The notes beneath the pieces are model-generated. The model made no database searches. It was not told where the DNA came from and worked only from the letters and a program-made list of their open reading frames with translations. From Acidimicrobiales bacterium (lineage in GTDB: Bacteria > Actinomycetota > Acidimicrobiia > Acidimicrobiales > Aldehydirespiratoraceae), in contig OZ244029.1 of assembly GCA_965214945.1 (NCBI GenBank), forward strand, positions 872,533 through 936,532: a DNA stretch of 64,000 nucleotides, read 5' to 3'. Numbering within the stretch: the first letter of the stretch is position 1; each line of letters starts with the position of its first letter. The position numbers and the translations under genes are program-made. Positions 28,386 through 39,179 of this stretch are shown in pieces.

Positions 28386-29402
28386 ATGATCCGTGAGACA
28401 GTTGACGCGACACCTGGCGGAGCGGACCTCGGTGCGCCGAGCGACGACGCCGCTGAGCCGTTCCAGCTGCTGGATTGGATGGCAGACCGCGGCATCTTCC
28501 TGTTCACCGCCCTGCTCGTCGCGGCGTCAGCGATCTTCGTCGACGGGTTTGCGACCGTCGACAACATCACAGACGTCTTCAATCGAGCCGCCCCGATCGG
28601 GATCGTGGCTGTCGGCATGACGTTCGTGGTGATCAGCGCCAACTACCTCGACCTCTCGGTCGTGGCCCAGGTGGCAACGTCGGCCGTTCTCCTCATCGCT
28701 GTTAGCAACGAATCGAACATCTTGGTGGCCATGGCCCTCGCTCTGCTCGTCGCGATCGCCTACGGGCTCGTGAATGGCACGGCTGTGGGCGTGTTCGGCG
28801 CTAACGCGGTCATCGTCACCCTGTCGACGACGTTCATCGGGCTCGGCATACTCCGATGGGCAAGCGGCGGAAGTATCTACTTCGGCTCGAACGACGGCTT
28901 CATCCGTGACTTCGGGACGTCGGAGATCGGACCGTTCCCGCTGTCGATGCTCCTGTTGATAGTGGTAGCGCTGATCCTCCAGTTGGTCTTGAACAACACC
29001 ACCTTCGGCTTCCTGGTGAAGTCCTACGGCTCGAATCGGGAGGCAACGCGGCTGGCCGGTGTCAGCACATCGTGGGTTGTCATCGGCGCGTTCACGTTCT
29101 CCGCGTTCGGGGCGATGCTTGGCGGCTGGGTCCTCGCCGCGTTCTCCAACACGGCGGTCTCGGCGATGTCGCAAGGCTTCGACTTCGAAGCGCTGGCGGC
29201 CATCATCGTCGGTGGCACCAGCGTGTTCGGTGGCAAGGGGAGCGTGCTTCGGACGCTCCTCGGGGTGGTGTTCGTGAGTGTGCTCACCAACATCATGGTG
29301 TTGTCCGGATTCGGGTTCGGGTACCAGCAGATGGCGATCGGGGCACTGATCGTCCTCGCGGTCTCGGTCGACGCGCTCGCCCGAAGGCTGGTGAGAACAT
29401 GA
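28386..29402 (+). CDS. Sugar ABC transporter permease (RbsC/AraH family)
   Basis: Polytopic hydrophobic protein with family-typical blocks (YGSNREATRLAGVS, IVGGTSVFGGKGSV). Stop overlaps the next start (ATGA). Confidence 0.8.
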   Translation: MIRETVDATPGGADLGAPSDDAAEPFQLLDWMADRGIFLFTALLVAASAIFVDGFATVDNITDVFNRAAPIGIVAVGMTFVVISANYLDLSVVAQVATSAVLLIAVSNESNILVAMALALLVAIAYGLVNGTAVGVFGANAVIVTLSTTFIGLGILRWASGGSIYFGSNDGFIRDFGTSEIGPFPLSMLLLIVVALILQLVLNNTTFGFLVKSYGSNREATRLAGVSTSWVVIGAFTFSAFGAMLGGWVLAAFSNTAVSAMSQGFDFEALAAIIVGGTSVFGGKGSVLRTLLGVVFVSVLTNIMVLSGFGFGYQQMAIGALIVLAVSVDALARRLVRT

Positions 29403-30478
29403 GTCAGTCGGCCGGTCTCCACCTCGGGATCGCCCAGACCGATCTGATCGGTCGGATCAAGACCACCATCGCTCGCCGCACGGAAGGACGCGCCATCGTC
29501 CTGCTCATCGGCGTGGCCATCTGGGCCTGGATCGAAGACGACACGGTCTTCACCGCCTATGAGGTCACGCTCGGCCGGATCGCGCTGATAGGCCTCGTGG
29601 CCCTGGGGTTGACGGCCGTCATCCTCATGGGCGAACTCGACCTCAGCATCGCTAGCACCCTCGCTGTCGCCGGCGTCGTCATGGCCAGTATCGACAACAT
29701 GGCGCTGGGGATCGTTGCTGCGCTCGTTGTTGGGCTCGCGATCGGCGCGTTGAACGCTTTCTTCGTGGTGATCGTCGGGATCAACTCCTTCATCGCGACA
29801 CTCGGCATGCTTTTCTTCCTGCGCGGTCTCGCTTTCGTCATCTCCGACGAGGAGCCGGTCCGCATCTCCGACGTCGACGCCGGCATCGCGTTCGGCAAAC
29901 CGCTCATCGGAGACTTCACGCCTCGTGTCCTGATCTTTTTGTTGACCTTCGTGGCGATGCAGGTCTTCTTGAGTCGCGTCCGTGTCGGCCGCGAGTTCTA
30001 TGCGGTCGGCGGCAACCGGGAAGCGGCTCGCGACGCAGGGATCCCCGTCCGCCGACGGGTTTTCACCGGCTTCATGATCTCCGGATTCATCGCTGCTGGC
30101 GCTGGTGTGATCAACACGCTCGAGCGTACGGCCGCCGATCCGACGGCTGGCGGCACCGTCCTGTTGTCTAGCTTCGCCGCCGCGATCGTCGGCGGAATCC
30201 TGCTAACTGGCGGTCGTGGCTCGGTGGTCGGGACACTTCTCGGCGCAGCTTCGCTTGGCATCCTGCAGATCGCGCTGACTCTCACAGCGGTCGAGGTCGA
30301 CGTCCAGAACATCATCATCGGCCTTGTGCTGTTCGTGGCCGTGGTGACCGATCCGACGACTCTGCGGTCGGTTATCTCGAGCGCACGGTCTGCCATCCGC
30401 GCTCGCCGCTCCGGTGGTGCGAACACATTACCACGACCCACATTACCGCGACCGGGCTCCTCGCAAACCAGTCACTGA
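29399..30478 (+). CDS. Sugar ABC transporter permease (second subunit)
   Basis: AVGGNREAARDAGIPV and IVGGILLTGGRGSV blocks, paralogous to the previous permease. Start at ATG 29399 (MSQSAGL). Confidence 0.8.
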   Translation: MSQSAGLHLGIAQTDLIGRIKTTIARRTEGRAIVLLIGVAIWAWIEDDTVFTAYEVTLGRIALIGLVALGLTAVILMGELDLSIASTLAVAGVVMASIDNMALGIVAALVVGLAIGALNAFFVVIVGINSFIATLGMLFFLRGLAFVISDEEPVRISDVDAGIAFGKPLIGDFTPRVLIFLLTFVAMQVFLSRVRVGREFYAVGGNREAARDAGIPVRRRVFTGFMISGFIAAGAGVINTLERTAADPTAGGTVLLSSFAAAIVGGILLTGGRGSVVGTLLGAASLGILQIALTLTAVEVDVQNIIIGLVLFVAVVTDPTTLRSVISSARSAIRARRSGGANTLPRPTLPRPGSSQTSH

Positions 30479-30554
30479 CCTCAACCATTACTGAGACCTC
30501 AACCATTACAGATCACTGACCCCCCAACCATTACAGAAAGGACCCAGTGAACCT

Positions 30555-31604
30555 ATGAGCAAGACAGATACCACCGACAGGCGATGGAGGCCGCTTATCG
30601 GCCTGTTCCTGGCAGTCACTCTGGTCGCTGCCGCGTGTGGCGGTGACGACGATGACGAATCTGCAGCGGAACCCGCCCCCGCGTCCGACGATGACGGTGG
30701 TGCCTCTGGCGATGGAGAGACCTTCGAGGTATTCGCCCTCCTGCCGCAGGGCAACGACCAGCCGTACGGAACCACCTACCTGCCGCCGTTCGAAGCCAAG
30801 GCTGCGGAGCTCGGCCTGAACCTCAACATCACGAACTCGCAGTACGACGCCGACAAGCAGGCGAGCGAGTGTGAGGTCGCGGTTGCTGCTGAACCGGACC
30901 TGATCATCCTTTGGCCCGCGGTCGGCGACACGGTGCGTCCATGTCTCGAAGCGGCAAGGGACGCGGGAATCCCGGTGACGGTGACGAACTCCGACGTGAA
31001 CCCCGAAGACAAGGACCTGACTGCCGCCTACTCCGGCCCCGACACTTACGGGCAGGGCGCGGCGTCAGGTGAGCTGATGTGCGAGTTCGCCGACGGGCAG
31101 GAGATCGGCATCATCATGGTTAATGGCCTCACCGGCAACTCCACCGCGATCGACCGAGAAAACGGCTTCGAGGAGACGATCGACGAGCAATGCCCGAACG
31201 TGGAGATCCTGGCCCGCCAACCGGGCAACTGGAACAAGGACGACTCGCAACTTGCTGCATCCGAGATGATCACGGCCGTTGGCGCCGAGAACATCCAGGG
31301 CGTCTACGCAGCGGACGACACCATGGTGGCCGGGGTGATTGATGCGCTGAAGGCCCGTGACATCGATCCGGCTGGACTCATCATCACCTCGATCGGGAAC
31401 ACATTCCTCGGGAACCCGCTCGTGAAGAACGGCGAGCTCGACGGCACGATCTTCCAGTCGTCGTCGTGGGACGGCGAGAACGCCGCAGTGACTGCCTACG
31501 AGATCCTGACCGGCGTTACCTCCGAGCGCATCGTCAAGTTCATGCCCTCTGTCAAGGTGACTGTCGATAACGCCGACGACCCGTCGGTCGCTCCCGAGTG
31601 GTAA
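30555..31604 (+). CDS. Sugar ABC transporter substrate-binding lipoprotein
   Basis: Signal peptide with lipobox LVAAACGG, an acidic linker, then a periplasmic-binding-protein type I pattern (alternating beta-alpha blocks, GIIMVNGLTGNSTAIDRENGF). Confidence 0.75.
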   Translation: MSKTDTTDRRWRPLIGLFLAVTLVAAACGGDDDDESAAEPAPASDDDGGASGDGETFEVFALLPQGNDQPYGTTYLPPFEAKAAELGLNLNITNSQYDADKQASECEVAVAAEPDLIILWPAVGDTVRPCLEAARDAGIPVTVTNSDVNPEDKDLTAAYSGPDTYGQGAASGELMCEFADGQEIGIIMVNGLTGNSTAIDRENGFEETIDEQCPNVEILARQPGNWNKDDSQLAASEMITAVGAENIQGVYAADDTMVAGVIDALKARDIDPAGLIITSIGNTFLGNPLVKNGELDGTIFQSSSWDGENAAVTAYEILTGVTSERIVKFMPSVKVTVDNADDPSVAPEW

Positions 31605-31748
31605 CCCGCAACCGCAGGTAACCCGCAACCGCAACTAACGGTCGGACGCGGGACCCGGGGGAGTGGTTCCCCTCCGCACAGCCCTTGGGTCCCGCGTGCC
31701 CGACTTGTCACCCGCGTGCTCGGCTTGTAATTAGCAAAATATGCAGAG

Positions 31749-32774
31749 ATGAGCGTCACCCTCAAAGATGTGGCCGACCGAGCGGGTGTGACTGTTTCCA
31801 CCGCATCACGCGCCCTGAGCGTCGACAAGAACACCTTGGTGAAACGCTCCACCCGACTCCGCGTAATAGAAGCCGCCGAGGCGCTGCGCTACCGAGGGAA
31901 TCTCCAAGCCTCGGCGCTTCGGAGGGGGCGGACGGGGACGATCGGCGTGATTGTCGCCGACCTCAGCAACCCGTTCGTCGGCCCCGTCTTGCGGGGCATC
32001 GCGAACGGGTTGAGCAGCAGAGATCTCCTGCCGATCATTACCGAGTCCAGGGATTCGTCGCAAGACCTGGCGACGATTTGCAACAAACTGTTGGCGCAGC
32101 GGGTCGATGGGTTGATCGTGGCCTCCGGTCGATACCGCGATCGCTCGCTGCTGCGGCGGGTCGCGGCCGAACTGCCCACGGTGCTAGCAGTGCGCGAGCT
32201 GCCCGGCAGCGGCATCCGGGCGGTCGCCCACGACGACGTGTCCGGAGGCCGCCTGGCAGCGGAACACCTGCTGGGACTCGGGCACACCCGACTCGCCCAA
32301 CTCACAGGCCCCCAGGACATCTGGTCGTTCGAGGGGCGCGGGCAGGGCTTTCGCAACGCCGTTTCGGCGGGCGGTGCGACCTGCATCGACATCGATGCTT
32401 CGGTACAGCTGCCGACCGTCGAGGCCGGTCAGAGGCTGGCCGCCAGTCTGTTGGATCTGCCCGACGATCTCCCCACCGCGGTCTTTGCCCACAACGACAG
32501 CATCGCGATCGGGGCTATCGCCATGCTGCGAGCCCGCGGCTTTGACTGTCCCCGTGACGTCTCGGTAGTCGGGTACAACGACGTTCCCCTGGCCGACCAG
32601 ATACAACCACCGTTGACAACGATCCGGCTCCCTGGCTACGAACTCGGCCGGCTCGCCGCAGAACTCGTGCTCTCGGGCATTGAAGGAACGGAACCGACGA
32701 CCGACAAGGTCATGTTGGCGCCCGTGTTGGTCGTGCGGGAGTCCACGGCAGCACAGCGGCACAGCGGCGAATGA
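31749..32774 (+). CDS. LacI-family transcriptional regulator
   Basis: N-terminal HTH VTLKDVADRAGVTVSTASRALS, followed by a sugar-binding core (IGVIVADLSNPF, VVGYNDVPLA). Confidence 0.9.
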   Translation: MSVTLKDVADRAGVTVSTASRALSVDKNTLVKRSTRLRVIEAAEALRYRGNLQASALRRGRTGTIGVIVADLSNPFVGPVLRGIANGLSSRDLLPIITESRDSSQDLATICNKLLAQRVDGLIVASGRYRDRSLLRRVAAELPTVLAVRELPGSGIRAVAHDDVSGGRLAAEHLLGLGHTRLAQLTGPQDIWSFEGRGQGFRNAVSAGGATCIDIDASVQLPTVEAGQRLAASLLDLPDDLPTAVFAHNDSIAIGAIAMLRARGFDCPRDVSVVGYNDVPLADQIQPPLTTIRLPGYELGRLAAELVLSGIEGTEPTTDKVMLAPVLVVRESTAAQRHSGE

Positions 32775-33664
32775 CACGGCGGCATGGAGCTGGTGTGACC
32801 CGCGTCGGCGTCGCCGGTCTCGGCCGGATGGGCACCCCGATGGCCGCCAACTTGATCCGAGCCGGGTTCTCCGTCGGGTTGTGGAACCGCAGTCGTGACA
32901 AAGCGGAGACGCTGGCGGCGAGCACGGGCACCAAGATCCACGACACCCCGCGGGTGTTGGCCGAGACCTCCGATGTCGTCGTCACCATGCTCGCTGACGA
33001 TGCGGCTTCCACGGCGGTGCACAAAGGCGATGATGGCCTGTTCGCTGCCTCTGACGGTGCTCGGGTCTTCCTGGAGATGGGAACGCTGAGCGTCGGCCAT
33101 TTTCGGGACCTTGTCGCTGTCGGTGGCGATCGTCTTGTCATCGATGCCCCGGTCTCGGGTTCGATAGACGCGGCGAGCGCGGCCCAGCTCCTCGTTATGG
33201 TCGGAGCTGAGGCCCACACGATTGACCCGTTTCGGCCTGTGCTCGAGGCGATCAGCCGCCAGATCATCTGCCTGGGGCACCGCGGTGCGGCCGCCAGGAT
33301 GAAACTGGCGGTCAACCTCGTCATACACGGTTTGAATCAGTCAATCGCCGAAGCTCTAGTGCTGGCGGAGGGCGGTGGCATCGACCCAGACCTGGCCTAT
33401 GAAGTGCTCGAGAACTCCGCGGCGGCTGCCCCGATGGTCGGCTACCGGAAACCGCAGTACCTGGACGAGGCCGCGAGCCCGGTGTCCTTCGCCCTCTCCC
33501 TTGCACGCAAAGATCTTGAGCTAGCGCTCGAGTGCGCTGGCAACACCGGTGTGCGGATGCCGCAGACCGCGCTGAACGTAGCCCAGCTGCGAGCGGCCGA
33601 GGCCGCCGGTCTCGGCGACCGCGACATGGCCGCCATGGTGTCCCATCTGAGAGGGAACCCATGA
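32771..33664 (+). CDS. NAD(P)-dependent oxidoreductase, 3-hydroxyisobutyrate/6-phosphogluconate dehydrogenase-like
   Basis: VGVAGLGRMGTPMAANLIRAGFSVGLWNRS dinucleotide-binding motif. ATGA overlap with the lacI-family stop (alternative GTG start at 32795). Confidence 0.75.
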   Translation: MTRRHGAGVTRVGVAGLGRMGTPMAANLIRAGFSVGLWNRSRDKAETLAASTGTKIHDTPRVLAETSDVVVTMLADDAASTAVHKGDDGLFAASDGARVFLEMGTLSVGHFRDLVAVGGDRLVIDAPVSGSIDAASAAQLLVMVGAEAHTIDPFRPVLEAISRQIICLGHRGAAARMKLAVNLVIHGLNQSIAEALVLAEGGGIDPDLAYEVLENSAAAAPMVGYRKPQYLDEAASPVSFALSLARKDLELALECAGNTGVRMPQTALNVAQLRAAEAAGLGDRDMAAMVSHLRGNP

Positions 33665-34413
33665 CCGAGAACCGATCCATGACCGAGAACCAGTCCAAGA
33701 CCGCCGTCTTGTTTGTCGGAGGCTGGGAGGGACATAAGCCCCAGGTCTTCTGCGACTGGACCCAGGAACTCCTCGAGAGCGAGGGGTTCAAGGTTGTTAC
33801 CCACGAAAGCCTCTCGCCGCTGGCTCGCCCGGAGCAGATGGCAGAGGTCGACCTCGTGGTGCCTATCTGGTCGAGCGCCCGTTCCGCGCATCAGCCGGAG
33901 TTCGGCAACATGACGAAGGCTGAAGAGGATGGTCTGCTCGCCCTCATCGCCGACGGATGCGGGATCGCCGGGTGGCACGGCCACATGGGGGACGCATTCA
34001 GGGACCGCCCGACGTACCACTTTCTCATCGGTGGCCAGTTCGTCGCCCACCCGCCGGGTTGGCCCGACAACCCGATCCCGTCCGATGACTTCGTCGAGTA
34101 CGACGTCACCATCACCAAGCCCTACGACCCCATCGTTCGTGGCATCAAGAGTTTCCGGCTCACTTCGGAGCAGTACTACATGCTCGTCGACCCGTCGAAC
34201 GAGGTTCTGGCCACCACCACCTTCTCGGGAGAGCATCTTTGGTGGATCGAAGGGACGAGGATTCCGGTTGTGTGGAAGCGTCGGTGGGATCGGGGTCGGG
34301 TGTTCTACTGCTCGGTCGGTCACGCGATCGAAGACCTTCGGATCCCGCAGGTGACCGAGATCATGCGTCGCGGCATGTTGTGGGCAGCCGCGGGACGCTC
34401 CGAGGCTCTATAA
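33661..34413 (+). CDS. ThuA-like (trehalose-utilisation domain) protein
   Basis: AVLFVGGWEGHKP, IAGWHGHMGDAFR and RVFYCSVGH blocks. The start carries an 18-nt tandem duplication (atgaccgagaaccgatcc / atgaccgagaaccagtcc). Confidence 0.6.
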   Translation: MTENRSMTENQSKTAVLFVGGWEGHKPQVFCDWTQELLESEGFKVVTHESLSPLARPEQMAEVDLVVPIWSSARSAHQPEFGNMTKAEEDGLLALIADGCGIAGWHGHMGDAFRDRPTYHFLIGGQFVAHPPGWPDNPIPSDDFVEYDVTITKPYDPIVRGIKSFRLTSEQYYMLVDPSNEVLATTTFSGEHLWWIEGTRIPVVWKRRWDRGRVFYCSVGHAIEDLRIPQVTEIMRRGMLWAAAGRSEAL

Positions 34414-34419
34414 CCCGTC

Positions 34420-34634
34420 ATCTGGTCGGTCAAGTCGTGATCTAGAATCGGCGGACGTGGTCCAGGTTGAGTTCGAGTTCGAGACGTTGAGTTCGAGCCC
34501 GAGACCGGGCGCAGTCGGCGGCACACCCCAGCCGTCGACGATCTCGGGCATGGCCGGGTGGATGAGGTCGCGTCGCAGGATCGAGGTGACCGGTTCGATA
34601 GTGCGGAAATCGATCATCGGGATCTGCATGCTTG
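34420..34634 (-). pseudogene. 3-prime fragment of the enolase-superfamily gene (repeat copy C), truncated at about 34634
   Basis: The minus-strand translation ends ...APGLGLELN...LNLDHVRRF-stop (stop complement at 34442-34444). It aligns to copy B (ccagcc.tcga.gatctcgggcat.gc..ggtggatgaggtcgcgtcgcaggatc) and shares the downstream flank with copy A. Confidence 0.75.
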
Positions 34635-34685
34635 TCGAGGACAATGCTGAGAAGGCGCAAAAGCTGATGGCGAAAGCTGACAGAA

Positions 34686-35894
34686 TTAAGGCAAGAGCGC
34701 AACAACGACCTGGTCGGCTACTTGGCGCGCCAGCAGGGGCGGTACTGCGTTCCCTAGCTGAGACTGGACCGACGCTCGCTTTCCTGCGAAGGCATAGCTG
34801 TCGGGGAAGGTGAACAGGCTCCGCAGTTCGGGTACCCGCAGTCGCCGGTTTTTCAGTGGAATGGCCCGACGTTGGGGCCCAGTTGGGCCTGGATGGTCGG
34901 TGAGGGTCTGTCGGGGTCGAGCTTCAGCAGGAACGACCAGTACCGTGACCGTCAATCGAAGATGGGTTCGGGATGGCCGCGTCTGGCGGTGAAGTGCAGG
35001 TAGTTGTCTCCGGGCGGGATCTGCGGGAGCAGATGACCCCACGATCCGCGTACGACTTCTTCTGGTTCGGGCTCGGTGACCAGGCCGTTGAGAACCTCGC
35101 CTGACGTGACATGCGGAACAACGCCTCGCGATCTGCTCCTACGTTCCCATTGGCCGAAGTGCGTCGGTGAGGGCAGCCTGGGAAGGCGTTCCCGTTTGCG
35201 GCTGCCGACAACGAAGAGGCGGCGCCGGGCTTGGGGCACGCCATAGTCGGCGGCGTTGAGCACCTTCCCGAGCTGCCCGCGCCTACCAGCGGCAGCGGTA
35301 GCCGGCGGCTTCGATCTCAGATAGCAGCCGGTTGAAGACCGGGCGGCTTGCGCCTTGTTGTCAAAGGTCAGCGCGTGGACGTTCTCAAAGATGAAGAGGC
35401 GGGGCCGGGCCTCTGACAGCACACGGGTGTAGGCCTGCAGCAGGCTCGCTGCCGGATCGATGCCGTCGCGCTTCCAGCCCAGCCAGAAGCCGGACTTGGA
35501 GAAGGCGACGCAGGGAGGGCCCGCCGATCAGCAGGTCGGGCTGTTCACGGCCTCTGAGGCCTGCGGCTCGCGGGATGTCCTTGGTCAACAGCCCCGAGGA
35601 CTGCCCGTTGGCCAGGGGGAACAGGTCACCGCGCACCACCTTGCGAAGCGAGGGAAAGTACGTAGGCGCGTTCTTCTCCATCGTGTCGGCAGCGGCGTCG
35701 TCCCACTCGATAGCAGCCAGCACCGCGAAGCCCGCGGCCTCCACCCCGAGATCAAGACCCCCGGCACCCGAGAACAACGAGATCGCAGAACCGGCGGACA
35801 CCCTGGCATTATTGCGGATCCGGCGGACACCCTCACATCTGCCCGCTCGCAGCCTCTTAGCGGCGCTCCCTTGTGTCGGAACTCTGGGTAGCAC
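34686..35894 (-). pseudogene. DNA (cytosine-5) methyltransferase pseudogene with three inactivating lesions
   Basis: Motifs FSGAGGLDLG (I), GGP then PCVAFS in a shifted frame (IV), FIFENV (VI), GVPQARRRLF (VIII), QLGNAVPP (X). Lesions: a frameshift inside the GGPPC motif near 35,510; a TGA in place of Trp in FD-W-RSRYW at 34952-34954; a 1-nt loss in HW-KNRRL near 34,855. Confidence 0.8.
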
Positions 35895-36073
35895 GACTAT
35901 CCACAGCAGGTCAATACTCCGAGCAGCGATCTCATCCAGAACCGAGGGGGCCGACAGTCGTGGGTCTCGACCCCCGACGTCGGCGTCGCACCAGACTCAC
36001 TGGGGTCTGTCACACCTGCCGAATACCATAAGAGTGTTGGTACTCAAGCGCGAGCACCTCCGCCGCTATACTG

Positions 36074-39000
36074 ATGTGTAGCGAATCGAAAGGTATGTGG
36101 GTCTTGGATTCGACCGGCCCGTGGCAACGCTACTTCCGCTGGAATGAGGCGATTGCTGACGTCGTCTTCAGCAGTGATCATGCTGGAAGTCCGGTCTATT
36201 TGGACCTCGAAGACCACATCATGAGCGAGGTCGCATCGAAAGCCGAACCGGGAGGCACGGGAGGTGCTAGCGGCCTAATCAAGGCGGTGAAGGACACGCT
36301 AGTTCTCGAACGTGGCCCTTCCCAGGTCTTCGCAGGGCACTTCAACCATCTGCGCGCATGGCGCAACGGCTCGAGGCTGAACCCGCCACCGGTCCTTGGC
36401 CTGCTGGGGATGCTGAGCCTGGTGGCAGAGGTGATGCACGAGGGCGAAGGCATGAAGGCGAACAACTTCTGGGGCCGGATGGCGCAGCTGCTAGATCTTG
36501 AACCGGGCGGTCTGAAGGCGTTTCAACAAGCCTTTTGGCACAAGGTCGACGGTCGCCCAGTGTCGGCACAGCTCTACGACTCCCTCAACGTCTGGTTGGA
36601 GATGCTCGAAGGCAATCGTGGGCTTCCGACAGCTATCGCCGCTGGACACCAGCATATCGGGTGGCCACTCTCTCAGGCCCTCGTTCGTGAGACGGATCGA
36701 GACCGATTTGGCGACCTGTTTGCACTCAACGCGTTGCCGCCAAGGAGTTCGCTACCGACATTCGAGATGGAGGGGCTGATCGAGGAGTGGATCTCGCACC
36801 GGCCATGTCCAGCGAGCAACTCCCTTGTACGTCTATGGAAGACAGGTTCGGAGGCACGAGCACGCATCACGGATGTGGCTGTGCTCACGCTCGGGTCGTG
36901 GGACGGCACTTCCGAGCGTATGTCCGAGCGGAGTAGCGCAAGTCGTCCTGTGGACGTTGTGCGTGCCACGGTTGTTCTGCGCACGTTTCCGTCTCGGAGC
37001 ATTCACGTCGGACTGGTTGTGCCCGGCCAATCTTCTGGTTCAGCGGATATTGTCGAGGTCGTTGACCGCGATGGTTCGGCTGTCAAGACGTTCGAGATGA
37101 CGGCCGCATCTTCCGCCTACCTGAGTCTGGCTGAGTCCGGATCCATCGATCCGGCCAGCTTCTTGGCTGGCGAAGTACTCCTGCGAAGGCGTGGGGATGA
37201 AGCTCTGCTGCGTCGCCGCGCTCGTAGGGTGATACCGATGCGGCACGATGACTTGCTGCAGGCATGGGTGGAGTGCGAGAGAGTTCAGCTTGCTGAGGAA
37301 TCTCTGGTTCTTGTCCGGTGCGAATTGGAACCGAAAGCCAAGAATGTGCTCAAGAAGATTGCGAGGCCTGGATTTAAGGTCGAAGGCGCGATGCTGGGGC
37401 TTCCTGAAGGCTGGATTGCAGTGTCCAGAGTTCAGGTCGTATCGTCGGTTCCGATCGAATTGCGTGAGAAAATTCGCGTGGAACTCAACGTTCTTCAGCC
37501 GCTTGCCACGTCACAGGCAGTGCTGGAGGGCGGTCTGCAGATTCCTGGAAACATTCAGAAGTGGTCCACTCTTCTTCCGCCGGAGTTCCGCGCTACTACT
37601 GATAGCGAACAGAGCCAGACGGCGTTGCTCACCTGTACCCGTGTGCTGACCTCGCTGCGTCCAGAGGATCGAAGGATCGTTGGTCAGGGGCAAGTGCTGG
37701 TTTGGGACTTGGCTCATGAGAGTCTCGGAGATGGCGACTACAAGCTCACTGTGCTTCAAGACGAAGAGCCAATCCGAATCGTGACTCTTCGCCTGCGTTC
37801 TGCCGATACTCCGGCTGTTCGTGGCGACGAGGCTGGGCTGCCGATTGTCCACGATCCAGAAGCCATCGGATTCGGGCTCGTTGCCTGCCCAAGTGACAAG
37901 CCGGGCGGTTTCCGCGGTGCACGCTCGACCCGTGCCCAAGTACCACACCAGCCTCTGCCAGCAGTCCCTGATTGGTACTCCGCACGTAGAGAACGGCCAG
38001 AGGCGCCCCAGAGTGCGGCTTGCGGCCAGTTTCGATTCCCCGCCGCCGATGACAGCTCCTGCATGGTAACCGGATATCACGTGATGAGCCTTGAGACTGC
38101 TCAAAAGGGGATGAAAAATGTCGAGGGTGTGTGCAAGGGCTGTGGTCTAGTGAAGCGCTACCCGGCTTGGCGAGGGAAGCCGAAGTCTGCCTGTCGGTCG
38201 TCGAGCAGGACGGCCTTGGCTCCCCGAATCGACGTAAAGGCCCTCGCCCCTGTTCGGGTAGCAGAAGGCATCGATTGGAGCGCAGCCTTCGACGTTGTCT
38301 GTCATGTCGGCTCAGGTCCAGCGTCTTCTCTCGCCCGCATCGCAGCTCAGCTAGAGGGCACCAGCTTATTCGGCAACATATTCGAACGACGGCTTGAAGC
38401 GCTCAGCCACATCGAGATCGAACGCACCAGCAGCCAGATGATTGCCAGTTGGGAAGTGGTAGAGCCTCTTATCCTCGGCCTCGGCGACGGATCTGCTGTT
38501 CTTGCTGGCTTCAGGAGCGCGAAGATGCTAGATGCCATCAGAGACTATGTAAAGGATTGCCAAGGCTTCCTTGAAATCGAGGAAGTTGATGCACCTCCGG
38601 TCGTGTACATCCGCAACCTGACCTCGGACCAACTCGGCAACCTGACCGCCGTCATGAGCGTTGTCGTCCAACGAGAGGCTCGGTATGTGCCACGGGCATC
38701 TGAGCAACTCTGCGCAGAACTACCGCCGTTGAGCCGAGCCCGCCGTGGACTGCCCACAACAACCACCACCAGGGCTCGGAGCTACGAGAGGTGGGATCCG
38801 GTTACTGCGCGCTTTGTACAAGTCGATAATGCGTCCTCTGCAGGGGCGTTTCGGCTCAGTGGCTTCACCCGCCAGTACATCTACAGGACTACCAATGACG
38901 TCGCCAAGATGCGAGCGGTTATCGGCGATGCCCGAATTGTGAAGTATCTCGCCGCCGCAGATGCTGGACTGGCAATCGTTGGCTACGACGTCGCGGCCAA

Positions 39001-39166
39001 GGTACTGTACGTACCCCTAGGCGCTGATCTGCCAGGCCTCTACGGACGCGCGGCAACCCTTTGTTCTGGAAGGCTGCCTCACGAGAATCGCAATGAACAG
39101 ATACTCGAGTATCGGAACATCCCCGCAGACGTAGCCGCACACCTCTCGCGCCTACTCATGAACTAA
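36074..39166 (+). CDS. Large uncharacterised protein, DruH-like by position and size (Druantia type III partner)
   Basis: A 1030-aa ORF with coding-like composition and no motif I recognise. It sits immediately upstream of the DruE-like gene (13-nt gap). The start is uncertain (ATG 36074 or ATG 36095). Confidence 0.45.
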   Translation: MCSESKGMWVLDSTGPWQRYFRWNEAIADVVFSSDHAGSPVYLDLEDHIMSEVASKAEPGGTGGASGLIKAVKDTLVLERGPSQVFAGHFNHLRAWRNGSRLNPPPVLGLLGMLSLVAEVMHEGEGMKANNFWGRMAQLLDLEPGGLKAFQQAFWHKVDGRPVSAQLYDSLNVWLEMLEGNRGLPTAIAAGHQHIGWPLSQALVRETDRDRFGDLFALNALPPRSSLPTFEMEGLIEEWISHRPCPASNSLVRLWKTGSEARARITDVAVLTLGSWDGTSERMSERSSASRPVDVVRATVVLRTFPSRSIHVGLVVPGQSSGSADIVEVVDRDGSAVKTFEMTAASSAYLSLAESGSIDPASFLAGEVLLRRRGDEALLRRRARRVIPMRHDDLLQAWVECERVQLAEESLVLVRCELEPKAKNVLKKIARPGFKVEGAMLGLPEGWIAVSRVQVVSSVPIELREKIRVELNVLQPLATSQAVLEGGLQIPGNIQKWSTLLPPEFRATTDSEQSQTALLTCTRVLTSLRPEDRRIVGQGQVLVWDLAHESLGDGDYKLTVLQDEEPIRIVTLRLRSADTPAVRGDEAGLPIVHDPEAIGFGLVACPSDKPGGFRGARSTRAQVPHQPLPAVPDWYSARRERPEAPQSAACGQFRFPAADDSSCMVTGYHVMSLETAQKGMKNVEGVCKGCGLVKRYPAWRGKPKSACRSSSRTALAPRIDVKALAPVRVAEGIDWSAAFDVVCHVGSGPASSLARIAAQLEGTSLFGNIFERRLEALSHIEIERTSSQMIASWEVVEPLILGLGDGSAVLAGFRSAKMLDAIRDYVKDCQGFLEIEEVDAPPVVYIRNLTSDQLGNLTAVMSVVVQREARYVPRASEQLCAELPPLSRARRGLPTTTTTRARSYERWDPVTARFVQVDNASSAGAFRLSGFTRQYIYRTTNDVAKMRAVIGDARIVKYLAAADAGLAIVGYDVAAKVLYVPLGADLPGLYGRAATLCSGRLPHENRNEQILEYRNIPADVAAHLSRLLMN

Positions 39167-39179
39167 GGATAGGACTCGT

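Noticed and set aside
33661-33696. Small tandem duplications: 18 nt twice at the thuA-like start; ggcgacgcctcagaga twice at 48034-48067; a 20-nt unit at 61498-61517 and 61524-61543; a 17-nt unit twice at about 59629-59662; and repeats at about 24650-24735.
   Set aside because: They are too short and too few to be CRISPR arrays, iterons or a structured repeat family. They are most simply replication-slippage duplications in decaying or intergenic DNA.
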